A stretch of DNA of 64,000 bases from Ascidiella aspersa (taxonomy: Eukaryota), in contig OZ004612.1 in NCBI GenBank assembly GCA_963924565.1, positions 8,866,001-8,930,000 on the forward strand. The letters run 5' to 3'. The notes under the pieces were generated by a model, which saw nothing but the letters and a program-made list of their open reading frames with translations, was not told the DNA's origin and made no database searches. This document shows positions 26,638-37,826 of the stretch, one piece after another. The number at the start of each line of letters is the position of its first letter. The first letter of the stretch is position 1. The position numbers were made by a program, and so were the translations under genes.

Positions 26638-26925
26638 GCGGCGAAATGCCATAACTCCGCGATCGCTGTATGGCATTCCAAATAATCGGGCTCAGGGGCT
26701 CAGGTAAAACACGTTCCTTTCCCAGGCCATTAAGCCGGCATTCCTTCGTCGGCGAGTGAAAGGCTTTTTCGGCGCGCCCGTGCGAATACACGACACACAA
26801 CAGGAATTCCGATGTGAAGGAATTATATTTAGCACATGTTGTGTTTGCGAAGGGGCGCGGTGCGAATTCAATTGAGTTGTAGCGACGCGTCTCAGCCCGA
26901 CTGCGGCATTCCAAACTTTCGCCGT
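26638..26925 (+). ncRNA. Candidate multibranch structured RNA domain
   Basis: Closing stem GCGGCGAAA/TTTCGCCGT encloses AATGCCATA/TATGGCATT, TCGGGCT/AGCCCGA and ATTCCTTCG/TGAAGGAAT. Confidence 0.45.
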
Positions 26926-28977
26926 CGTCCTCTGTCGTCGCATAGTTGGGATAACGCCACACCGACGCTTCGAACCGTTTATGTCTAAGTTATGCATGTT
27001 CTTGAATACCTCAATGTTGTTCCTATATAGTAATAATTTTAAAACTATGTTTGGCTGTATGTTTTTTACAGGTATACAAGGTGTCTCGTTAAACATTTCC
27101 TTGTTCATATATGAGGACCGACGGTTTTAAAAGACATGGTACATAACAATTATCTAAAGAAGCATTTGGCAACGTTCTGTATTCACCTTAGTATTTTTTG
27201 GAACAGTCTGTCCTATTTTGGTCACAAATTCTGACCCTAAGCGAGTAAACACTTAATGCCAATCGACAATCTCTTATTTTGCTTGAAACGAGTGACGTAA
27301 TTCGTGCATTGCTGCTTCAAATAAAAAAGCACAAACTATTCTGTTAAACTTATAAAAGCAGTTTGTTCTATTGAGAACAAAAACTTCTAAACAAGGCTTA
27401 ATTCAAAGTGATAATTTTCAAAGGCCAAATTCTATTTAAGATTGATATTTTGCATTACGACAGCGAAACGCGCAATTTGTGTGACATTTGAATCAGGTTA
27501 TTTACGTTAATACATTGACGTAGGCCGATCATGCGTGCTAAACTTGTGTCATAAAATCCCTAATGGTAAAGTGTTCCAAAATCGCTCTTAACTCCACCAT
27601 TCAACCGAAATAAATTGGTTACTTTATGTTAAATACGAAGATTAGCGCAAAATTTTGTTTGATTTAACATCTTCACTTGTGCGTATAAGCGCGCATACTA
27701 TACTGCAGGTAAACCGGTTAATAAATCATATATCTACCGCGAGGCTGTGTGACGGTTTTGCCCGATAGATTAGGCCGCCTTTAAATTAATAAATCTTAAA
27801 GCTTGTCCGGTCGATGTGCAACAAATACCAAGTAAGGCTATTTTGAGCGCGTATAAACTCTCGGCAGCGTGAGCGGTTAAATTTACCCATGCCCTGCGTC
27901 CGTATCTCGTTTAAGAAAGCGCTAATAGCACAGGTTATCACGCAACGCAGCTACCGACCCATTATGAACCGCACTGCTACCCAGCTCGGCAAGCCGGTTA
28001 TACTTAACTTGCGTAAGACGTTGGATGACTGGACAACACCGTTTTAGCGCCGTTAGTTTTGCTATGACCAGTGCTCTTGCGTGTGTTGTCCAATATACTT
28101 TTCATCCGGTTTGAACTGAGTCGCTGCTACTGGCGCTGGAAGTTTTTGGGCTATAAATAGTGCCTGAGTGTGCCAGCTATGCGCAATACGTTAGTTGGAA
28201 AAAAACAGGAAAATCGCGGTAATTTCATCCAACGTCGCGTGCATATGATGACTTCACGCTGCGTTCACAGCTAAAAAAATGGTGTGTTTTTTGGCCTTCA
28301 TCCAACTTTAGGTTCATATAGGGTAACGTCAAATAGGTTTTCGCTATCTGGATGCAGAATCCTGTTATATCCCGCAAAGGATATTTTTACGTAAATATTT
28401 TTAGTTGTTTCATAGGAATGCCTATTAAGTAAAAGTTTGCACAAAATCAATTAGTAAAATTAAGGGTAATTTAAAAAAAAGTACACGCAAATGGTATTCC
28501 TGGAATCCTAATTTTCTTAATCAGTAATTACACAAGTTTTATTGCTGCGTAACGATTCTTTTCCGGTCCCATATTAAAATTTTTACTCAAACACAACTAA
28601 ATCGTCAAAAGAGCTTACATCTCGACCATAAATAACGTTGCTACGAAAAATACATGATGAAGATATATACTAAGAAATTGAGTTGTATTTAATGTATTGC
28701 AGCATTTATACTATAAGTAGTTAATAAAGTTTATCTTATGTAAAAAATAGATGTTTTGTCGATAAATTCAAGCTTTACTTTAGTATTAAAGATATTGAAT
28801 TTACTTCGAAATAATCAATTTCCTTTTTTTATTAATTCAACCTCGTTTATCATTATTTGGCAGTCTATGTTCTAAACTAAAGTGTGCGTAACGACATCAT
28901 CCGCAACATCTGTGTTGAAAAAGGAACTCATCGTTGCCATACAGTTATTTATACAAGGTGACTCGAAAACCTGCCAC

Positions 28978-29234
28978 CGTCGGGTCGTCCAACCCTCATT
29001 CGAAGCGGGAGAATCGTTATGAGCAAGTTCGCAACCCACCGAGGTGCTACATTAATCATTAGCCCGCCTTGCCGGCGTGAACTTACGAACTAACCTCCCG
29101 CATCGCAGGCGGCCTTGCTCTAATCCTGATCACAGGTGAAACGCTGGCAACCTGAGAGCGTTCAACTCTTAACCCGGCCGCCAAGTAGATCCGTCTTTCT
29201 CTGACCGAAGACAGTTCGAATAGGTGTACCGGCG
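28978..29234 (+). ncRNA. Candidate multibranch structured RNA domain
   Basis: ATTCGAA/TTCGAAT encloses GCGGGAG/CTCCCGC, GGCGGCC/GGCCGCC and GTCTTT/GAAGAC. Confidence 0.45.
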
Positions 29235-29731
29235 CGTCCGATTCTTGATCAACGTTATTTCGTTTTATCGCGGCGGCGCTTTTAAGTTGTATTTTGTAAG
29301 TTGTGCTTTTTAAACCTGGATTTACCAAAGTTTTGACCTGGGTAAATTTATGTACATTTGCAAATGTACGTTTTGCGAAGGTCAAATGCCGCGACTCATA
29401 AAGCATAATTTACTAACGAGTTTTACATTATACCTCGATAAAACGTGTTGAAGCTGATAACCAGTAAAATTAACCACAGTCAAATCGTGTATCGGTGTTA
29501 CACCTGAAAGCAGCTGAATCACACATCATCATTTGGGAAGTTCAACTTTCCACCCTTTAATAAATTCGTCGTGTTTCGTTTTGTAACAAAACGCTTCAAG
29601 GGCGGTAGCCGCAAACTGGGGGACAACCGAATCTAATCACCACATTTTCCATCTGCGGGTTTGTGTTCCGGTATAACTGATTGCCGGTAAATAAACAGGC
29701 AGAAAATCACCACTGAGCACTTCTCCTCAAC

Positions 29732-29815
29732 CCATGGGTTTCTTAACCTGGGTCTGTGGACACCTGTGGGGTCAACAAAGGGGTTTCAAATAGGGTCGGT
29801 TGGTTCAAGGGATTT
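29732..29815. mobile_element. Fragment of hAT (Charlie-like) MITE end
   Basis: catgggtttcttaacctgggtctgtggacacc resembles the left end of the 52121 and 47098 elements. Confidence 0.5.
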
Positions 29816-30876
29816 GTTTTTCGTTTTTATTTGGTATAGGCACTCCCCATGAAGAGTGAACCTCGATATGTGATTGAAAGTTTGCCTTAACGTTTGTTGA
29901 ACCGTGCGTTTTTTCATCTATTATTTAAATCGTTCACCTGTTCCTTCAGAATAAACCGGTTCACCCCCTTTGTAAGTTTACCTTGTTTACCAGACGCAGC
30001 AGTCTTCCGGTCTCTAATCGATTGGTCCTTCTTTTCCAGCTATAGCACACGTTTGGCTGGCGTGGTCGACCGCCCATGTTCGGCGTATTGGCAATTCGTT
30101 GAACGGTGGCCCTATTATTCCCCTTGCTTCGCCGTATTCAACACGCCACAACAACGACAACATGTCCTCCAATTTAGCTGGTGGACAGTACACAAGGTGA
30201 TTTCCGTGTTCGCTTAATTGCGTTTTGCTGGTCACCCGATGACCACTGGAATTTTTTCTTCGGCGAAGTTGTACTCCTGTGTATGTAAAGCGGGAAGTCG
30301 AGAGCTTTGTGTACTAGTAATTTATAAACAGACACGCAACGCGACAGAATAAATAAGAAAGACATTACTCGGAATTTGGCGGTGAAAGGCCGTTTTTTAA
30401 TCTTGTTGTTAAAAGATAACAACCAATAAATATTTTCTGAAAAAAGTATAGTCTTTTACGTGTACTGTGCCGTTTTTGTATTTCGACATCTCGTGATATT
30501 GGACTGAAATATCACGCAGTCGCACATTTTTTTCATCGGATACCATACTTTTAAGGGGCGATAAACAAGTCGACCATTTGGTTTGAGGTATCGGCTACTG
30601 TTCGACAATACGGAAGTCAGTACTAATTTTCAAACCCTAAACTTTACTGCAATTGGGCAAAAAAAACTTTTGGTAGTTAACATATTGTGCCTAGTCATTT
30701 CAATTCAAGTTTTGCAGCCTGCGCAGCACTTCCAGATACAGTTCACTCGGTCAACAACCCACCTTAAGCGTTAGCCGCCTCTTCAGTGGTTTGGCCGTCG
30801 ATAGGTTAGGCCCAAGTTCACTGATACTGTTTAGCCGCGCCCGGCAGTTTTGATTGGGTCGCCTCGGCAGGAGCAG

Positions 30877-31013
30877 AAAATTGCCACAAGGTCGTTCACG
30901 ATTTTGCCGCGCCTCGCCTCTAATTGAGCGCCTTGATGAGCGCTTGCTTGGTGAGAAGGCAGGACGACAATGACCGCGCTGGGCTTTCATTTGAGGGCTT
31001 CTGACGCACGCTG
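30877..31013 (+). repeat. Duplicated ~137-bp element, copy 2, ~1.59 kb upstream of the unit C TATA
   Basis: Near-identical to 11700-11836. Confidence 0.9.
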
Positions 31014-32468
31014 CCTAATGATTTGACCGGTTTGGGGGTGCCTAAATTACAGTCTTTGGTCGGCACTGGCTGTAATTTAGCCGGTAACATGGCCACTGTT
31101 GAAGAAAAGTTCGGTGTGTATCGGTTAATAGTAAAATTCGATTTGATGGTGCAAAATAATACATGCCACCGGATTCCCATTTAGCAAAAGTGTAGGTTTT
31201 ATGTTTTACATCACGACTTTACGCTTTTGTCGCCAATTCAACGATTAAACATCTCAAATGAAGGTAAACGAATGTATTTAAAGTCCATAATTTCTCATTT
31301 AACCGGTATCAGTTCATTTAACCAGTTCAATTTTGCATTCCTACCGGTATCAGTATCAGTTTAGTGTAAAACGAAGGTAATTTCTATTTTAAATATACTG
31401 TAAACTTGACATGCCTCTGAGTCGGTTTCATATTGTTTTGAATTTAAAGTGTTTTATTTTATTTAATTAATTTGAAATGAAGTGTTTCTAATTAAAGTAA
31501 CCCAACGATTTAGCGTATGATGTCGCCTGATGGGACGCGCCAGCGCTCGCTTAGATCGCATCTCCAAATTTGGTGGACTCCACTGCTGCTGTCTGTTTAC
31601 AAACCGTGGCCGTTCGCCAGAGTTCGCGCCGTGGTGGTTCGCAAACCCGAAAGCTGTGTTTGCTTTCCAATGCCGCGCGACTGAATATGGTGGCACGAGA
31701 GCAGGCTGCTTGATATTAGCTTGGCTGGTGCGCGGACGGCGCGAACCTTATATGGCACATCGTTTTAATGAGCAATGTCTTTACTCATGTCGTTGGCGCC
31801 GACGCGGGCCGATGGGCTCTGCGCTTTCCAAGAAATTGTAGGACCGCAGAGAGCGTGTTATAGGCCCTGCAATAACATTAATCGATGGCTGTCCCGGGAA
31901 AGGTAGAGGCATGCCGAGAAATCCCGCAGCATTTACCCGCATTCGTCCCTGCGACAATAAAGGGTGTCGATTTTTCTAGAATGCCGACGATTTTGCTTGG
32001 ATTTTACGACCACTTCAAACGAGCTCCGCTGCTTTTCTTTTACCTCGCGTTCGTGTCATTTTACTCGTTAAACAGCAATGCTAGCATCTCTATTTAAGAC
32101 TGCCTCGTGCTAACAATAAAGCGAATAATAAAGGTGAAAACGTGCTTGTGAAATCGATATATCGTGTGCAGGAGACCAAAGGCATAGCGACAAGGTAAAT
32201 ATTTTTGCAGCTTCAGCGTAGGTCTGCAAACAATTGCGCTCGGCAGAGTTGCGCAACCTTTGTGATAGTAGTTTTGCAAAACACGCATAACCAAGTACGG
32301 CCCCAGGTGTTTGCCTTCCAAAACCTTATCGACCCGCAAAAGTCTTGCACCACGTAGGCTTAAGATTTTGCACGGGCAAGCCAGCCGCCAGAATTTTTTC
32401 GCCTTCTTGCCCGACACTTTCACCACGTTGCGAGAGCGTGGAGCACGAGAAAAAGGCAAATCGGCGCG

Positions 32469-32503
32469 TATATAAACGAACGCCCAGCCGTTAATGGTCA
32501 CTT
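32469..32503 (+). promoter_or_regulatory. TATA box + initiator, unit C
   Basis: TATATAAA at 32469; Inr TCACTT with A at 32500. Confidence 0.75.
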
Positions 32504-32557
32504 TACGTTTTGTCTCTGCTGGTTTCACGCGCGCAAACGGATTTATTACAACCGACG

Positions 32558-32629
32558 ATGGAAGCGCGAATGAAATCGCACTGCAGCAAGATGCTGACGG
32601 GAAACGTCAAGCGAGAAAAGTACAAGTGA
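32558..32629 (+). CDS. Putative micropeptide/uORF MEARMKSHCSKMLTGNVKREKYK* (23 aa)
   Basis: First ATG after the predicted TSS, Kozak ACGATGG, ends AAG TAC AAG TGA. Confidence 0.5.
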   Translation: MEARMKSHCSKMLTGNVKREKYK

Positions 32630-32747
32630 TCAAAATGAAGCAATCATCCTTGAATGGATTATTCTCTACTACTGATGAAGCAATGTCCAGTGAGCATTGA
32701 ACCAATATGCTTGGTTCGTTGGTCGGAAGACTGTCTACAACTTTCAG

Positions 32748-33000
32748 CGGGGTCAACGTATACCCAAATACGGACGATTTCGAGATACAACCAGGGATTG
32801 CTTAAACGCATGAGGTTTATATCGAAACAGGCTCAAGCCAGGATCGGGCGCCTTCACCCAAAAAGGCCGGAATTCTAGCGAGCCTGCCACCGCCAGCAAG
32901 TTGTCAACGAAGCAGTCTACAGTTGAACTTGACCAGTTCTGCAACAGCAAAGTCTCGGGGATTCAAGCACTTGATGAGAGACACCACAGCTTTGCAAAAC
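32748..33000 (+). ncRNA. Conserved structured core, copy C
   Basis: 5 differences in 253 nt versus copy E by manual alignment. Confidence 0.6.
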
Positions 33001-34134
33001 ATCCAAGTCAACTTCTAAGAACAAACGACGAAAAGTACAACTGCCCACTCAGCCAACGTGAGCTGACTAATGGGCGCAAGTTGTAAAGAAAACGTTCTAC
33101 AACATGGGTTAGCGTTTCCGCTGCCTTTGTATTTCCAGCGATGCCTGCTCTTACCTACTCGATATCTCTAAGGAGAAATTGAGTGTTTATGTATATATAC
33201 TACATTGTTATTACTTATTAGTTTGGCGCAACACTGTGTCTTATGCTTTTTGCCAATTTATCGTGTCGTTATTTTGTAACGCGTTGATCATGTGTTTCTT
33301 TGACATGTTATTTTTCGAAACAAGGTTACAAAATGAATTCAATCTTTTCTGATTTATGAAACAGATTTAGGAAAAAAGTTAGAAATGTAAAACAAGACAG
33401 GAAAGCAGTTATTCGGTATTATGACAAGAAAAATGCAAAACAAAAAAATCTTTGGTAACCATATAGGTTCAGTAACAAATCGGTTACTTCATTGAACAAA
33501 ATATATAGTCTAAAATACAATTTAGTGTTTGAAATATATCGAGGTCAATTAAACAGACAGATATTTTTTTTTTGTTCTCAGCCTCTAGAATTCCGCGGTC
33601 AAAATTGTGCTTTTTGAGTGCGGGGGTGTTGTGGCAAAAACTAACGGGCTCTACTATAAAAGGACACAAAAACGTAAGGGCACTTATACCTGTTGTAGCG
33701 CCCGTGTGGGCCGAGCCAATAAAGGGAAAGATTTGATGTGTCATACATATTTCCAAGGCATGTCAGTATCACATCAGGGATATGTGACAGGGCCTAAATC
33801 AATTCACAGACCAAAGGGTTTGGTGCGCGCCTTTTGACAGGTTGGGCCTGCCTGTAATTTTGGCCGATACCGTTTGAGGTTTGGCGCTTCCGAATGGCTT
33901 TCATCTCGATAGTATATCTGTGATCGACAAATTGTCTCTTTCGTGGACATAATGGCACAGGCCAATTGCAACACATTGGCGACTGACAGTTGACGGTTTG
34001 ATGTGTTGATTTAACCGCCTTCTAAAACTTTCTAAAATCTTGCTTGAAAGGCTGGTCACAATCAGTTTATGTTTTTGGGAATGCGGAAGGCAATATAATC
34101 GAATTTTATGTATACCATTTTAATTCGTTTAAAA

Positions 34135-34466
34135 CACTGGTTCCCAACAAGGGGCTCTAAGCTGTCGGTGAAAAACAGCTCCAAAGCTGTCGGTGAAAAG
34201 GTTACATGGGGTTCGCGAGTGCTCTGAAAATCACCAATGTTTTTAATGTAAGGCATGTAAATTTTGAGAACGTTTTTATACATATTTTGACCACAATATT
34301 GCATTTTAAGGTCTCTAGTCCTTACAAACATATAGACGTAGTTTTGCAAGATTGTTGGTTAGGTTCGGTGCTAAACGATTTAGGGGTTGTCACATTATAG
34401 ATAAGCTTTTGAAAGTGAGTGGTCCCCCCGAGGATCTGCGTCTACCAAAAAAATTGGGAGCTACTG
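34135..34466. mobile_element. Degenerate hAT (Charlie-like) MITE
   Basis: Ends CACTGGTTCCCAA / TTGGGAGCTACTG; 8-bp TSD gtttaaaa/gtttaaac. Confidence 0.75.
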
Positions 34467-37347
34467 GTTTAAACAGTCACCTTTGCGAGCCACGTGCTTA
34501 ACGAGCGTTCATCAGACAAACGGCCGGTTTTGGAATGTAAGAAAATATCGACTAGCCTACGTGACCGCAATGTTGTTTCTGCCTGAAACGATCGACCGTT
34601 AAGCTTGTCCTTTGCGCTGTGTAAACATGCCGACCTGCTGTTCGAGGCTCTGCACGACGGCATTTTGCTTTCAGGATGAGCGTTTCCGCGAAAATACCGC
34701 TGTAATGCCTGGAAGGTTGCTTTCGGTCACGTTGGCCAAGCTGTTTGCCCAATAGGCTTGCAAAATGCTCGGCAATTCCAGTTATTTATCTTCGCCTTGG
34801 GTTTTAAATAGGGTTTATAAAGGATTTGGATTTTCTTCAAGTTTCCTTTATCTGCAAAACAGTTGCATTTTGAAAGCAATCTGTCACTTCTTCGTATTGT
34901 GAAGGTTTAAATGTGTACGTTTCATTTCTGAATAACTTCTTGGAACAATGAAATTTAGCTACATTTTGTAATTTTCCCTCTAATTGAGATGGTTTTAACA
35001 TACAGTATAAACGGTTTCATTCGTTTGCGAAGAGTCAAATTTCACACGCAAACTTCATAATTTTACTCTCGTCGCGTAGATAAATGTTGTTCTCTTCTTT
35101 CGAAAATGCCCCTGTTCGGCAGTCCCAAAAACGCTACATTTTCAAAGCACCTACATCATCCCTCGCGTACTGCTTCCAACGGCAATCGAGGCCCTCAAAT
35201 CGATCCAAATAAGGCCAAATAAAAGTTAGCTTGACGCGATTCAGGTTGAAGGGCCTTCGCGGATTTCATTTGCAAAGGAAATCCGCGACAAATCACCAAA
35301 GTCCGACATTCCCGCGTGTATCGTTTCGACGCAGACTCAGCGCGTCCAGCAGCGGGCCGTTTCCGACAACCCTCCAAAGCCGCGAGACTGCTGATGTCGA
35401 GCTGTAACAGAGGAATGCCGCCCGTCAGCTGCGGCGACGGTGTCAGCGCTGGTTCGCTTGTTTTCGGGAAACGCGACCTCAGCAAACTTAAAGCAACTGT
35501 TCCTGATTGGTGCCGACCGAATATTAACGTCGACCGAATTTTGCATGTGTTGGAGACTGGCGTAGATGGAGGATTTTTGTTTGGGTTAGGGGCATGAATT
35601 TTTTTCAGACTTGACGTCACAAAGTTAACGTGACGCCGTATAGAAGTTACCTTAAGAACACACCACAGTCCGTTTATTTTATTAATGTGAACACGTGACC
35701 TAGATCCGCCTTTAGTGGGAATGCCGACAAGGCGAAAATATTTGAAACACGGCCCAAATATTCGAACTGAATCGCCATCTCTTACACCATTGTGTTGGGT
35801 GTTGTTTATTTTGTTCGTAATAGAAATGCTTTGCGTTTTTTTCTATGTTTATTAAAGGTATTAATTTGCAGGGGGACTAACATGGTGAACTTGAAAGCGG
35901 TTTGCATTTATATTCCGAGGTTCTGTAAATAAAATCACGTTTTATCTGTCGATCCTCTTTGGTTTCGATAACTATTCAGGGGCAACTGACTCGAAAATCA
36001 TTTTTTTGTTAAAATTGGTGATTTTTGACGACAAATAAACAGTATTTATTTGTCAATATCTGGCCAAACACGTTTGCGCCACTGGTGTAAGCAAACGCCC
36101 CAAATTTTGCTATTTGTTATCCAATAAACGATTTCCTGTTTATTAAAATCAACATTAGGGCCGTTCGCAGTATTTTTAAATTGTCACAACGCTATTGGTT
36201 TGTTTTGCAATTAAGGTTTTAAGAGGGAAAAACAGCAAAGCCGTTTGCCCTTTACTTTTCCTTGATTTCTTACAATCTTGATTAACATGCAGGTTCTTGA
36301 CATATGTGGGAAACGAGTCAGCCGCCGGCCTGGTGTTGGTGATTGCGTTGATATTTGCTTTTTGAGTTGAGAACAATTCCAGCGCCTGTATTTCTCGCGC
36401 CTATATTCCAGCTGGCGTATTGTCCAACTGTCAAGCCTCTCGCTAATTACTCGAGCAAACAAAACTAAGGTGGTATTATTTGATCACGTTGAGCATATTG
36501 GTTTTCTCCTCATACGACGATTGTTAGGCTTAATCTTATAGCTTTTTGTCACTTGTTAGGTTATTTGTTGTTATTTTATAGTTTCACGAGTATCGTGGTC
36601 TTAAACTAAATAAACCAATGCAAACTAAACTTAATCTCAAGTAGTGAATTTTGTTTGATAGCAGTTTTTTAGTCTGTCCAATAACGACATGAAACGATCG
36701 GTATAGTACGATGGCCATTTCACAATAGACGGCTAGGTAGAGGATACATGTGCACTGTGCAGTTACATTGTAACAGTATAGTTTCAGCTTTTGGTGGCAG
36801 TGGATATTAAAGGTATCAATTCATTCTACTTAGACCGGTAAAATACCAGTTACGTGGGCTGTACAGATCATCCCATCCCAGTTCTCGGTATAGTTACAGG
36901 CGAAGAGGCGCCTTTTTTCTAAAATTATTCAAGGTGCGTCGCCAGTTCACACCCTTATCGACAGAGGAAAGCAGCTCGAGAGTAAGTAACGCCCGCGGCG
37001 CCGGCGACGACGCCCTCGTCGGCCGCATCGGTCTGAGTCAGGCGCTGACGAAAATCAAGCATCGCAAAGCGACGCGCCAAATATGTAGCCGTCGCTTTTT
37101 CCCTCCCCTTTGATTCTCGCTTGTCGCGCCAAACGGCATCTATCGAAATTCCTTCGCACTTAATCAAACATTTCAAACGCGCTGTTGCCCCGTATAGGTA
37201 AACAAAGGGGCGGCGCCGTAAAAGGCCTTGTTCAAAATGAAACCTCTGTGTAGCCGCCGAACGCGCGCGCGATGTAACCGAAGACCCTCGAAGGGTTTGA
37301 TTTCTCGCTTCAGAGCGACATGGCCAGGTTGTGAGGCCACATTTAAG

Positions 37348-37826
37348 CGGCCGGCCCTCTTTTCCCACCCTTTTTCTTGTAAGGCTGGGATGAAAATCGT
37401 GAAAAAGCTACATTTACGGCTTCTGCGGGCAAATCGACAAATTCTGGACTGTTAGTGGGTGAAACTAAGTCAGTAAAGGGGCTTTTAGATAAAGCGACCA
37501 AAGCCGTCTTTTTGGACCACTTTTTTATCTTTTAAAAGGCTACAGTGGAAAACGTGAATAAGATATATATTAACTACTGCTGCGGTCAAATAAACAAAGG
37601 CTAAAATTTTGTGGAAAAAATAGTCGTTGAAGGGTGCGTTTCGATAGAGCGGCCAAAGCCGTCTTTTTGGGCCGCTTTTCTTTATCTTTTTAAAGGCTGA
37701 TATGAAAAACGTGAATAAGCTATATTTACGCCTGCTGAGGTCGTCATAAGCTGGGCTTTAAGTTGGTTAAACTAAGCAGTTGAAAGGGGCGTATCGATGG
37801 CGCATCCGAAGCCGTATTTTTTGGCC
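37348..37826. repeat. Degenerate tandem repeat, ~150-bp unit, ~3.2 copies
   Basis: gcggccaaagccgtctttttgg...aaggct...aaaacgtgaataag recurs at ~37348, 37494, 37648 and 37802. Confidence 0.8.

Larger units (their letters stand above)
32469..33350 (+). other. Paralogous transcription unit C
   Basis: TATA/Inr, KYK* ORF, core at 32748-33000, a 3' extension shared with D and E, AU-rich tail. Confidence 0.65.
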
